Source: Flavobacteriales bacterium (GTDB taxonomy: Bacteria > Bacteroidota > Bacteroidia > NS11-12g > UBA955). Taken from it: 64,000 nucleotides of DNA. Shown in pieces: positions 48,260-57,485 of this stretch. Location of the stretch: positions 5,222-69,221 of the forward strand of contig CANKVN010000003.1 in assembly GCA_947487055.1 (NCBI GenBank), given 5' to 3'. Both the position numbers and the translations under genes were made by a program. A model generated the notes under the pieces. That model saw only the letters and a program-made list of their open reading frames with translations, ran no database searches and was not told the DNA's origin. Each line of letters begins with the position of its first letter. Position 1 is the first letter of the stretch.

Positions 48260-49678
48260 ATGGTCTTTGCCAGTTTGGTTTTCTTACTTTTCTTCTTTCC
48301 ATTGTCTTTACTGTTCAATTGGCTGCATGGAAACATCAATTACAAGAATATTGTACTGGTCCTGTTTTCTTTAATTTTCTATGCCTGGGGCGAACCTGTT
48401 TGGGTGTTCTTGTTGTTGTTTACTACGCTTGTAGATTTTACCATGGCCCGACTGATTGAAAAAAATGAAAATCACTGGCGGGCAAAAATGTATTTGGGGA
48501 TTTCAGTGTTTTTCAGCCTGGGTATACTAGTGGTATTCAAATATTCAGGTTTTTTATGCGGCATCTTTACGGATATAACCGGATATTCTGTAAAGGCGCC
48601 TAATCTGGCCCTTCCAATAGGCATATCCTTCTATACGTTTCAATCATTAAGTTATATATTGGATGTATATCGCGGCCAGGTTTCGGCACAGAAAAAATAC
48701 CTAAATTATTTACTGTTTATTTCGCTGTTTCACCAGCTTGTTGCCGGCCCTATTGTGCGCTATTCTGATATTGCGCAAGAAATAGAAAAAAGAAGTGCAA
48801 CCTGGGCTGATATTTCCTACGGCGTAAATAGGTTTGCCTGGGGCCTGTTTAAAAAAGTATTTTTTGCCAATACTGCCGGAACACTTGTTGCCAAATACCT
48901 GGAAGGAGATTTGGGAGCCTTGAGTATTTCGGAAGCAATTATGGGTATTTTTCTATTTGCCATACAGCTATACTATGACTTCAGCGGGTATTCAGACATG
49001 GCCATTGGGATGGGAAGAATGCTTGGATTTCATTATCTGGAGAATTTTAACTTTCCATATATAGCAAAATCAATAAAAGAATTTTGGACCCGCTGGCATA
49101 TCAGTTTGGGTTCTTTTTTACGTGATTATTTGTTCACGCCCATAGCATTTAACAAAAGGCATTGGGGTAAATGGGGTGTGATGTATGCATTGTTAATCAC
49201 CTTTGCTTTGAGTGGCCTTTGGCATGGTGCAAGTTGGAATTTTATTTTTTGGGGCTTGTATTTTGCTGTTTTAATCATACTTGAAGAGTGGTTTTTAAAT
49301 CGAATATTTAAATTCATGGGATCCTGGTTATCTCATGTGTATCTTATTTTGGCTGTTTTCTTTAGCTATCCGCTTTTTTATTTTACTGATTTTCAAAAAT
49401 TGAAACAGTATTTTTTTATTTTGTTTTCAGGGTCTCATCCGTGGCAAAAAACAGGATTTACCAGTGACCTTTTAGAGCATATTTATTGGATGATTGCAGC
49501 CATTATATTCCTTACGCCATTGGGTAAAAAAATGGGTGTTTATTTAATCCAAAAATTATCCAATAAGCCTGCTATCATTGGTCTTGCCAACACAATAGCA
49601 TCCATTACTTTCCTATTAATCGCAATTGCATTGCTGGTAGCAAAATCCTTTAACCCGTTTTTATATTTTAGATTTTAA
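48260..49678 (+). CDS. MBOAT family O-acyltransferase (AlgI/PatA/DltB-like)
   Basis: Multi-TM protein with the blocks PIGISFYTFQSLSYILDVYRG and FWTRWHISLGSFLRDYLF. It also contains the conserved His block GLWHGASWNFIFWG. Confidence 0.9.
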   Translation: MVFASLVFLLFFFPLSLLFNWLHGNINYKNIVLVLFSLIFYAWGEPVWVFLLLFTTLVDFTMARLIEKNENHWRAKMYLGISVFFSLGILVVFKYSGFLCGIFTDITGYSVKAPNLALPIGISFYTFQSLSYILDVYRGQVSAQKKYLNYLLFISLFHQLVAGPIVRYSDIAQEIEKRSATWADISYGVNRFAWGLFKKVFFANTAGTLVAKYLEGDLGALSISEAIMGIFLFAIQLYYDFSGYSDMAIGMGRMLGFHYLENFNFPYIAKSIKEFWTRWHISLGSFLRDYLFTPIAFNKRHWGKWGVMYALLITFALSGLWHGASWNFIFWGLYFAVLIILEEWFLNRIFKFMGSWLSHVYLILAVFFSYPLFYFTDFQKLKQYFFILFSGSHPWQKTGFTSDLLEHIYWMIAAIIFLTPLGKKMGVYLIQKLSNKPAIIGLANTIASITFLLIAIALLVAKSFNPFLYFRF

Positions 49679-49679
49679 T

Positions 49680-50966
49680 ATGCGGAAAAATTGGCACCAT
49701 ATATTAAACACGCTATTCCCAATTGGTTTATTGGCGTTTCTCGCTGTTCTTTTTTCTATGATGGGTAAAAAGGAGATTTCTACAAGTGAAAAAAGAAAAC
49801 TGACAGCTTTTCCAGCTTTAAATTGGCAAACCTGGACTGATGGGTCATTTACCAGAACACTGGAAGACTATATTGCTGATCACTTTGCATACAGAGAGGA
49901 TATTATTGCGGGTACCGATGGTATTAAAAATGCGTTTGGAATTGCCCGCAAGAGCAATGAGGGGAAGTTCATAGCGATAAAAAAGAAAAAAGCATCAATT
50001 AAAACCAAAAAAACAACACTGGTAATTGATTCAAATTACACCGTTGCGCTAGACACGGGGGCAGAGCTGTTGCTTACCAATGGTGTGTTTATTTACGACA
50101 GTTGTTCCTATCAGTTTTTTGGTGGAAACAGCTATTCCTCTGCGCGATATGCCAATATGTATAATGCGGTGGTAGAGCACCTTCCTAAGCACATCAAATA
50201 TTATGCTGTGCTGGTGCCCTCGTCTACGGAATTTAACCTTCCTCCCGCCACCTACCGCTATAAAGCAAATTCAGAAACAAAAGGGATCCATTATATTTAT
50301 TCCGGGTTGAATGAAAAAATCGGGAAGGCCGATGTTTATAACCATATGAAGGCCCATAGAAAAGAATATTTATTTTTTAAAACCGATCATCACTGGACTG
50401 CGCGCGGAGCTTACTATGCATACGAAGCTTTCTGCGAAATAGCTGATATCTCTCCGCTTACCCTCGGTCAGATGTCTTCGAAATTTGTTGGAGGTCCGTT
50501 TTTGGGCTCCCTTTACCAACTCACCCACGATCCAACCTTAAAAGCCAATCCGGACAGGCTGGAGATTTTTGATATCCCATTTAACGGAGCCAAGGCTTAT
50601 TATAAGTTTGATGCAAACCAAACGCAGTGGACTCCTACAAAAATAGTGTATAAAAATGGCGAGTTTGGCATTGGATATGGGGTTTTTCTTGGCCTTGATT
50701 ATCCGGTTATGCGGATTGACGGGCCCCAAAAGAATGGAAGAAGGTTGTTTATATTAAAGGAATCTTATGCCAACGCTTTTGTTCCTTTTCTTGTTCCGCA
50801 TTTTGAGCAAATATTTGTGGCAGATGTACGTTATTTCCCTTATAAAATCGATAAATTTATTGAAGAATATAATATTAATGAATTCCTAATGATGAACCAA
50901 TTGGTAATGGCTAACAATCCTTATACCCCCCAAAAAGTGCTGAATATGCTGAAGGGTAAGCAATGA
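49680..50966 (+). CDS. DHHW family protein (AlgJ/AlgX-like SGNH-type O-acetyltransferase)
   Basis: N-terminal TM anchor and the eponymous motif FFKTDHHWTARGAYYAY. It starts 2 nt after the MBOAT stop. Confidence 0.8.
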   Translation: MRKNWHHILNTLFPIGLLAFLAVLFSMMGKKEISTSEKRKLTAFPALNWQTWTDGSFTRTLEDYIADHFAYREDIIAGTDGIKNAFGIARKSNEGKFIAIKKKKASIKTKKTTLVIDSNYTVALDTGAELLLTNGVFIYDSCSYQFFGGNSYSSARYANMYNAVVEHLPKHIKYYAVLVPSSTEFNLPPATYRYKANSETKGIHYIYSGLNEKIGKADVYNHMKAHRKEYLFFKTDHHWTARGAYYAYEAFCEIADISPLTLGQMSSKFVGGPFLGSLYQLTHDPTLKANPDRLEIFDIPFNGAKAYYKFDANQTQWTPTKIVYKNGEFGIGYGVFLGLDYPVMRIDGPQKNGRRLFILKESYANAFVPFLVPHFEQIFVADVRYFPYKIDKFIEEYNINEFLMMNQLVMANNPYTPQKVLNMLKGKQ

Positions 50967-52558
50967 TGCGTGGGTTAATATTTATAATGGCATTGTTAAT
51001 CTTGGGCAATGTAAATGGCCAAAACAGGGATTCTGTTCAGGAATTTGTACTGAATCCAATTGTGGTGGCTGCAGAAAATAATTTTATTGAAAATGATGCA
51101 GCATTAAAGCCATTTTTTCTCATGTTGGATTCCTTAAAAAACAAGAATAAGAAAAAGTTAACCATTGTTCATATCGGAGATTCCCACCTTCAGGGCGATT
51201 ATTTAGCACGCACCATCCGATACCGCTTGCAACACGAGTTCGGGGAAGCCGGGCGTGGTATGGTTTTTCCGTACAGTCTGCTAAATATGTATGGACCGGT
51301 GGATTATAAATGTGTTAGCAATGTTGCCTGGCAGCATTCGCGTATGTTTCCAAGGGAGCGCAATGGTCCGGTTGGTTTGGTTGGATATGCTGTAATGAAT
51401 CAAAGCCCAAACATGAAGCTAACTATTCAGTTGCAGCGGCCAAATCCGCTTTATTATGGAGCATTAACCAATTTTAATGATTATCCCACCAATCAGTTCA
51501 ACAAGCTCAGTATTTTATATTCCAACGATAGCTTAGGGCTTCCATTAAATGTTTCAGGAATACGGGATGACAATAGCCTGGGTCGCCAAATAGAATTGCC
51601 TCAGTATAATTCCAATCAAGGGGGCTTCCAGCTGGGTGAAGTTAATTTGGAATCAACATTTACTTCCCTGCAGATTCAGGCAGATACCCACCGGCATTTC
51701 ACCAAGCCTGTACGTTTGTATGGGCTTAGCTTTGAAAACACCAATGCACATGGAATATTATACCATATGGCCGGGGTGGGTGCATGTCAATTGTCCGATT
51801 TCATGGGAACAACCTATTTTTTTAAACATTTGGTTTCCCTAAAACCAGATTTGGTTATCATTTCTTTAGGGGCTAATGAGTCCTGTACACCTGGTTTTGA
51901 CACGGTAGGTTATTCCAGTAAATTAAAACAGGTAATAGCGGATTTGCGCAATTCCTTACCTGGCGTTCAGGTATTAATTACTACACCTCCAGATATATTG
52001 TTTAGGCGCACCAGACCACCTTCTATGGATGCAATATGCAGAACCCTTGAGCGCACAGCCTTTGCTGCGAACACAGGATTTTGGAATCTCAATAAAAATA
52101 TGGGAGGCGCCTGGTCAAATGCATATTGGTTTCAAAATAAACTTGCCGGACCCGACAGGATTCATTTCGCGCCCCGGGGTTATGATTTTCTTGGCTTGTT
52201 GTTAACGGAAGCCCTCTATAACAGCTATTACCGCTATGCTTTAACCCCTATAGATACCCAATCGGTAAGAAACAGTACCCTGGCTTACCGCAAATTATTT
52301 ACAGCGCTTCAGGTTAATAAAATTAAATCCTCAAACCTTCCACAGCAGACAGTAACTTCTGTGCGAAACAATCCGCAAATACCGGTAAACCACCGTCAAA
52401 TCAGCCATCATGGAGCCAAATACCATAGGGTGGTGAAAGGCGAATCGGTATATTCGATATCAAGAAAATACGGGGTAAACCATAAAGAGGTTTTGAGGCT
52501 GAATGGATTCACCGCAAAAACAATTATCAGACCTGGTCAGACAATCCGTATTCGTTAA
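50963..52558 (+). CDS. secreted SGNH/GDSL hydrolase-fold protein with a C-terminal LysM domain
   Basis: It has a signal peptide. SGNH block I is IVHIGDSHLQGDY, block III is SLGANES and block V is DRIHF. The C-terminal LysM (aa 487-530) is YHRVVKGESVYSISRKYGVNHKEVLRLNGFTAKTIIRPGQTIRI. The start overlaps the upstream stop (ATGA). Confidence 0.8.
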   Translation: MMRGLIFIMALLILGNVNGQNRDSVQEFVLNPIVVAAENNFIENDAALKPFFLMLDSLKNKNKKKLTIVHIGDSHLQGDYLARTIRYRLQHEFGEAGRGMVFPYSLLNMYGPVDYKCVSNVAWQHSRMFPRERNGPVGLVGYAVMNQSPNMKLTIQLQRPNPLYYGALTNFNDYPTNQFNKLSILYSNDSLGLPLNVSGIRDDNSLGRQIELPQYNSNQGGFQLGEVNLESTFTSLQIQADTHRHFTKPVRLYGLSFENTNAHGILYHMAGVGACQLSDFMGTTYFFKHLVSLKPDLVIISLGANESCTPGFDTVGYSSKLKQVIADLRNSLPGVQVLITTPPDILFRRTRPPSMDAICRTLERTAFAANTGFWNLNKNMGGAWSNAYWFQNKLAGPDRIHFAPRGYDFLGLLLTEALYNSYYRYALTPIDTQSVRNSTLAYRKLFTALQVNKIKSSNLPQQTVTSVRNNPQIPVNHRQISHHGAKYHRVVKGESVYSISRKYGVNHKEVLRLNGFTAKTIIRPGQTIRIR

Positions 52559-52581
52559 ATGGGCATAGACCTTGGTTAGGA

Positions 52582-55461
52582 CTACCTCACCTCTACCTCA
52601 TCTACAAAAATAAACGTTTCGCCACCAGCTCCGGGATGCCACTCGGGAAGGGTGCCGTATTGCGCAGCCCGCATCATAATGTAGCGCGCTTTAACCGGTT
52701 TCATGTAGGTGTGGATGGTTTGTTTCTGCGAACCCAGGCTGTCTGCAGGAATCCTGTTCATCGTGCCTGTAGCATTGGCCCATTGTTTTCCGTCCAGCGA
52801 AAACGAATAACTCACACTTCTGGGATACACAATCCAGCTGCGGGTGTCCTGCAAAAATCCGGCATGCAGGGAATGGATGATTTGGGTATCACCCAGATCA
52901 ATAATGGCTTCGTAGGCTTGACCTTGTAGGCCTTGCCAGTTGCCCTTTTGCCATTCGGAATCGCCACGCACGCCATCGCTCAGTGCCTGGGCTCCACCGC
53001 CCGTGTATTGCGGGTGCAGGGGGTTTAAAACGGTTATTTTCCATTTATTTGGCCGCTTAAAGAAACAGGCTTTTGCAATGGCTCCACCGGGATGGAAGGC
53101 TTCCAGGCAAACACTCTCTTTCAAAATCAGGGTTGTATCGGCTGCTTTGTAGGGGTCTTTTCCATAAACCATCATTCGGTTTTTTTCTTTGCCGTCCTGG
53201 TTCAGCCGGATGGTAAAACCCTTTCCGAAACAGGCATTGATATTTACCGCCATGCTGTCGTCAAAGGCAATATCCTTGAACGTGAATAAGGGAGCTGCAA
53301 TGCTGCTTTCCCGCTCAGCGGTAAAAAATCCGTATTTATCGCCACATCCCCATTCGGTAGGCTTTTCAGCCATGGTAAATATTAGTTTTCCGCCACCGGT
53401 CAATGCTTTGTGGGATATGAAATTATCCATCACCGCTTTGCCGTTTAGCATTACCGACTGGATATAATTTCCCTTGCCTTTTTTCAAAATCTGTAATCGC
53501 TTGCCACTTTCAAAGTTTAAAACAGTTTTTTGAAACAACGGATACCCAATGCTGTAGCGTTCATCACCGGGACAAACAGGATAAAAACCCATGCTGCTGA
53601 GCACGTACCAGGCACTCATTTGTCCGCAGTCTTCGTTGCCACTGAGGCCATCGGGTTGGTTGTGATACATGGTTTCCAGTATTTGCTTCACCTTTTCCTG
53701 GGTTTTGTGCGGTTTTCCGGCGGTGTTGTATAAATAGGCAATGTGGTGGCTGGGTTCGTTGCCATGGGCATACTGCCCAATTAAACCGGTAATATCGGCT
53801 TGTTCGCGGCCGATGGTTTTGCTGTTGGTGGTAAACAGGCTGTCCAGCATGGATTCCAGTGTGTGCGGCCCATGGCTTATCATGGTTCCCAGCCAGGTTT
53901 GCAAATCGTGGGGAACCGAAAAGGTATATTGCCAGCTGTTGGCTTCGGTGTAATGGTTGTTTACTTCCCTGGGCTCAAAAGAACTAAGCCAGCGCCCGTA
54001 GCTCCGGGGCCGCATGTGGCCGGTAGTGGGGTCAAAAACATTGTTCCATGATCCACTGCGGCGGTAAAACATCTTGGCAAGGCTGTCTTTCCCCAACATC
54101 TCTGCCATGCGGGCTATGCACCAGTCGTCGTAGGCATATTCCAGGGTTTTGCTCACGGATTCGCTTTCGTTCTCCATGCTCAGAAAACCATATTTCATGT
54201 AATCATCCAGCCCAAAAACGGGCTTCTCTGCTGTTTTTACAGCAGCTTCAAGCAGGGCTGCGGCGCTATCCGGCATGATGCCTTTGGACATGGCATCGGC
54301 AATTACGGAAACCGCGTGGTAGCCAATCATGCAGTTGGTTTCGTTGGAGGCGAGTTCCCACACCGGCAGCCTTCCGCTTTCGCGATACATGCGTAAGAAG
54401 GTTTTCATGAAATCGCGGGTGCGCTGTTGCTCTATGAGTGTGTAAAGCGGATGGGTGGCCCTGTAGGTGTCCCACAGCGAAAAAACCGAATAATGATCGC
54501 CCTTTCCGTCGTGTTGTTCTTTGTCCATTCCCCGGTAACTGCCGCTCGCATCGCTTACCAGGTTGGGTACAATCATGGTGTGGTACAGGGCAGTGTAGAA
54601 AATACTTTCTTGTTCGGGGGTGCCTTTTACCACAACCTTACCCAGTTGCTTTTCCCATTCGGTTTCGGTTTGTTTTTTCAACGTTTCAAATGCCTCGGGT
54701 CCTGCGTTGTTAAAGCTATTGGTGGAATTTAACCACCCGGAAAATGAAATACCTGTGGCAATGTAAATATCGGCGGTGCCGGCAGGGAAATAAATGGCAA
54801 CAGCGCGCTGTTGTTTGCCCTTTTGCTTAAGGGTGACCACCGAATCAGCCGCAGCGGAAAACCACAAATCAAAAAAGAACTGCTGGTCTTCTGCCCAGGC
54901 TTTGCTAAAGCGGTGCCCGTAGGCATGCATCGTTTGCTTGTGTTCAGAAAGTGGTGTATTCAGTGCGTCGAAGTGTCCGTCGGTTACAAAATCGCGGTGC
55001 TCCAGATCCAGCACAACGATGGCTTTGCTGCCGGCCGGAAAGCGATAGTGGTGGATGGCACTGCGTTTGCCTGCTGTAACTTCTGCAAAAATTCCATTGT
55101 TAAACCTTACGGCATAGTAGCCGGGATGTGCTTTTTCACTGCTGTGGCTGAAGGAAAGGGGTTTCAATCCGGGCCTTATGAGCAAATCGCCGTAATCCGA
55201 AACACCGGTGCCGCTGAGGTGTGTGTGGGAAAAGCCATAGCAAATGCTGTCATCATAATGGTATCCGCCGCAGCCATCCCAACCATCCAGGCGGGTATCG
55301 GGGCTCAGCTGCACCATGCCGAAAGGGGCGGTAGCGCCGGGATAGGTGTGGCCGTGCCCGCCGGTGCCGATAAAGGGATTTACTTTATGAATGAGCGGCT
55401 GGGCCTGCAGTGGGGCAAACATCAGCATAATCAAACCGGAGAGGAGTTTCATGTATTGCAA
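52582..55461 (-). CDS. GH92 family alpha-mannosidase with a C-terminal discoidin (F5/8 type C)-like domain
   Basis: VNPFIGTGGHGHTYPGATAPFGMVQLSPDT, GFSHTHLSGTG and SGNEDCGQMSAWYV are GH92 signatures. An extra C-terminal domain of about 150 aa ends FIFVDEVEV. Confidence 0.9.
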   Translation of the reverse strand: MQYMKLLSGLIMLMFAPLQAQPLIHKVNPFIGTGGHGHTYPGATAPFGMVQLSPDTRLDGWDGCGGYHYDDSICYGFSHTHLSGTGVSDYGDLLIRPGLKPLSFSHSSEKAHPGYYAVRFNNGIFAEVTAGKRSAIHHYRFPAGSKAIVVLDLEHRDFVTDGHFDALNTPLSEHKQTMHAYGHRFSKAWAEDQQFFFDLWFSAAADSVVTLKQKGKQQRAVAIYFPAGTADIYIATGISFSGWLNSTNSFNNAGPEAFETLKKQTETEWEKQLGKVVVKGTPEQESIFYTALYHTMIVPNLVSDASGSYRGMDKEQHDGKGDHYSVFSLWDTYRATHPLYTLIEQQRTRDFMKTFLRMYRESGRLPVWELASNETNCMIGYHAVSVIADAMSKGIMPDSAAALLEAAVKTAEKPVFGLDDYMKYGFLSMENESESVSKTLEYAYDDWCIARMAEMLGKDSLAKMFYRRSGSWNNVFDPTTGHMRPRSYGRWLSSFEPREVNNHYTEANSWQYTFSVPHDLQTWLGTMISHGPHTLESMLDSLFTTNSKTIGREQADITGLIGQYAHGNEPSHHIAYLYNTAGKPHKTQEKVKQILETMYHNQPDGLSGNEDCGQMSAWYVLSSMGFYPVCPGDERYSIGYPLFQKTVLNFESGKRLQILKKGKGNYIQSVMLNGKAVMDNFISHKALTGGGKLIFTMAEKPTEWGCGDKYGFFTAERESSIAAPLFTFKDIAFDDSMAVNINACFGKGFTIRLNQDGKEKNRMMVYGKDPYKAADTTLILKESVCLEAFHPGGAIAKACFFKRPNKWKITVLNPLHPQYTGGGAQALSDGVRGDSEWQKGNWQGLQGQAYEAIIDLGDTQIIHSLHAGFLQDTRSWIVYPRSVSYSFSLDGKQWANATGTMNRIPADSLGSQKQTIHTYMKPVKARYIMMRAAQYGTLPEWHPGAGGETFIFVDEVEVR

Positions 55462-55677
55462 AGATGGGAATGAAAGGGTAAAATGTGATTAAAATATCGA
55501 TCTTGTTGGTTTAGCCATACTTTCACCGTTGGGATTTTTGGATAGTTTCTAAGGTCAAATTAAAGCTAAAGAATAAAAATACTGACCCCCAAAAACCATT
55601 ATTATAAAATAAACAAGAAACCCCAAACGTTAATATGGTAATAATTACAGCCTATATAAATATAAAATAATTATAAC

Positions 55678-55685
55678 TATATTTG
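55678..55685 (+). promoter_or_regulatory. Bacteroidota -7 promoter box (TAnnTTTG) for the low-GC operon
   Basis: Exact TATATTTG, 4 nt upstream of the ATG at 55690. It sits at the end of a 228-nt very AT-rich intergenic region. Confidence 0.45.
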
Positions 55686-55689
55686 ACGA

Positions 55690-56601
55690 ATGATGCTTAT
55701 TAAAAACAAAAAGTACAGGGAGATATTTGCGAGTCAGCCAGAAAACAAATCTGATGTAAGCGCACAGATTACAGCTATATCAAGAAAGGAAGACAAGGAT
55801 TTTCTTTGTCATTATCCCTACATTGGAATGGGAAACCCGGATGCGAAAATATTGTTTGTTGGCAGCGAAAAAGGATTTAACCCATCCACATCAGCAACAA
55901 TAGATTTACATGAGCGAAAATTAAATTTTATACATTGGAATAATATAGTGAATAATTATAATCATTTAAAGGATTATTTTCATCCCATATTAAAGTTGCG
56001 TAATGGCTTGGAGGGTTTTAATCCGTTTTCTCCCCTTACATTAAATGAAACAGCCGAAAAGGTCTATGGCAAGGGAAATCACACCTATAAAAAAATGGAG
56101 AAAATTATTCAGGCACAATTTCTTAATTATGCTACAGCTGCAGAAGCAATCAACCTATTTGAAATTACCCCCGGTTCGTTTCATAAATCACTCTTTAAAC
56201 ATTGTTTTGTAACAGAAATTTCCGATTTGCCAAAAAGCAACCAAAGTCAAGGGAGTGAATTTAATTTTAAAAAATTCAAAAAATCATGCCGCTATAGTCA
56301 TATGCAGACCGGTAGAATAGGAGATTTTTACCGCAGTTTTAAAACCGTTATTATATATGCGGGTAGCAGATATGCAGGTGTACACAATTCCATTCAAAGA
56401 GCTGAAATAATAGCATTATTTAATCCGTTAATAGATATGAAAAAGGATTTCAGGCGAGGTTATGTTTCTGATATTTACGAAACGAAAAAAGGAGGTGCAA
56501 GGATTATTGTATGTCCTCACTTAACCAGCTATGGTATTTTTAGGAATGACTATATACTTTCACATGAGTTTTCGGTAATGGATCTTGGGCAATGTGTATA
56601 G
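55690..56601 (+). CDS. uncharacterised protein with divergent uracil-DNA-glycosylase-superfamily motifs (island gene 1)
   Basis: A 303-codon ORF in AT-rich DNA. GMGNPDAKILFVGSEKG (aa 46-62) parallels family-4 UDG motif A (GEGNPxAxxMFVGEAPG). HCFVTEISDLP parallels the (V)YITN(V)VKCRP strand. KTVIIYAGSRYAG parallels PKxIVxLGxxA. RIIVCPHLTSYG (His277) parallels the xxPTYHPS motif B. All four occur in the canonical order. Confidence 0.6.
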   Translation: MMLIKNKKYREIFASQPENKSDVSAQITAISRKEDKDFLCHYPYIGMGNPDAKILFVGSEKGFNPSTSATIDLHERKLNFIHWNNIVNNYNHLKDYFHPILKLRNGLEGFNPFSPLTLNETAEKVYGKGNHTYKKMEKIIQAQFLNYATAAEAINLFEITPGSFHKSLFKHCFVTEISDLPKSNQSQGSEFNFKKFKKSCRYSHMQTGRIGDFYRSFKTVIIYAGSRYAGVHNSIQRAEIIALFNPLIDMKKDFRRGYVSDIYETKKGGARIIVCPHLTSYGIFRNDYILSHEFSVMDLGQCV

Positions 56602-56608
56602 TTTGGTT

Positions 56609-57409
56609 ATGAAATCACTATATAATAAATTAAACACATATAAGTATATTTGTTGGTACCCCTCGGCCGGTAATGATTTTATGGCATACAGACATTGGTA
56701 TTCAGGAAGGGGTAATTTCATAAAGCCGGATTGTTTTGTTTACACGGACCTATTATACAGGAATATTTATAACCTGAATCAATATGAGAATGAGGGCCTT
56801 ATTATAGATTTACCTATTGATATTTTTAAGGAGTATCCTTCTGATGAAACAGGATATTCTGCGCTATTAAATGAGGATGAAGACACATGGGTAGAAAAAT
56901 ACATTACCGACAATATTGACCTTATATGCAAAGAACCCGATCGAATAGAATTATTAAAAATGGGATTTTATGATGAGGAATTAATAAAAGAATTTCATAA
57001 CTATATAGTTCATAATATAGATTATTTAGTGAGTAATGAGCAGATAAAAACACAATATAAAAATGGGGACATCCCTATTAATATGCTATATCCTTATTTA
57101 AATAAAAACAATGGTAATTACCGTCTTTTTAAGACGGATAAAGCTGATATCTTTATTATTTCTGCAAAAAATCAGCACTTTGCAGCGTATTGCTTAGTCA
57201 ATAATATTGCCATTAATGGAATCATGATAAACCGGCCTATGGATGAATATATCCTTGATGATGATTTTCGTAATGAAGTATTACCAGGTTTGGGGGTAAA
57301 AGAATGTATCGTTAATACAAATTATTTTCCTGGTTATTCTGATTTTGAGGAGTTTTCCTGGTATGAAGACGACAAAATTACAGATCAAGGCAAGTTATTG
57401 TTCTTGTAA
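56609..57409 (+). CDS. hypothetical protein (island gene 2)
   Basis: A 266-aa ORF that starts 7 nt after gene 1. No family recognised. The N-terminal YICWYPSAGNDF...DCFVYTD is faintly Rossmann-like (strand, Gly-rich loop, strand ending in Asp). Confidence 0.55.
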   Translation: MKSLYNKLNTYKYICWYPSAGNDFMAYRHWYSGRGNFIKPDCFVYTDLLYRNIYNLNQYENEGLIIDLPIDIFKEYPSDETGYSALLNEDEDTWVEKYITDNIDLICKEPDRIELLKMGFYDEELIKEFHNYIVHNIDYLVSNEQIKTQYKNGDIPINMLYPYLNKNNGNYRLFKTDKADIFIISAKNQHFAAYCLVNNIAINGIMINRPMDEYILDDDFRNEVLPGLGVKECIVNTNYFPGYSDFEEFSWYEDDKITDQGKLLFL

Positions 57410-57485
57410 ATAATGTTCTTGAATCGTTTTTGATTTATCTTCACAGTGTAGTTACATATAAATTAGTTATAAATTCAATCATAAC

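Noticed and set aside
54811-55473. 220-aa ORF on the plus strand
   Set aside because: It is antisense to the N-terminal catalytic region of GH92, where the GH92 signature VNPFIGTGGHGHTYPGA is encoded on the other strand.
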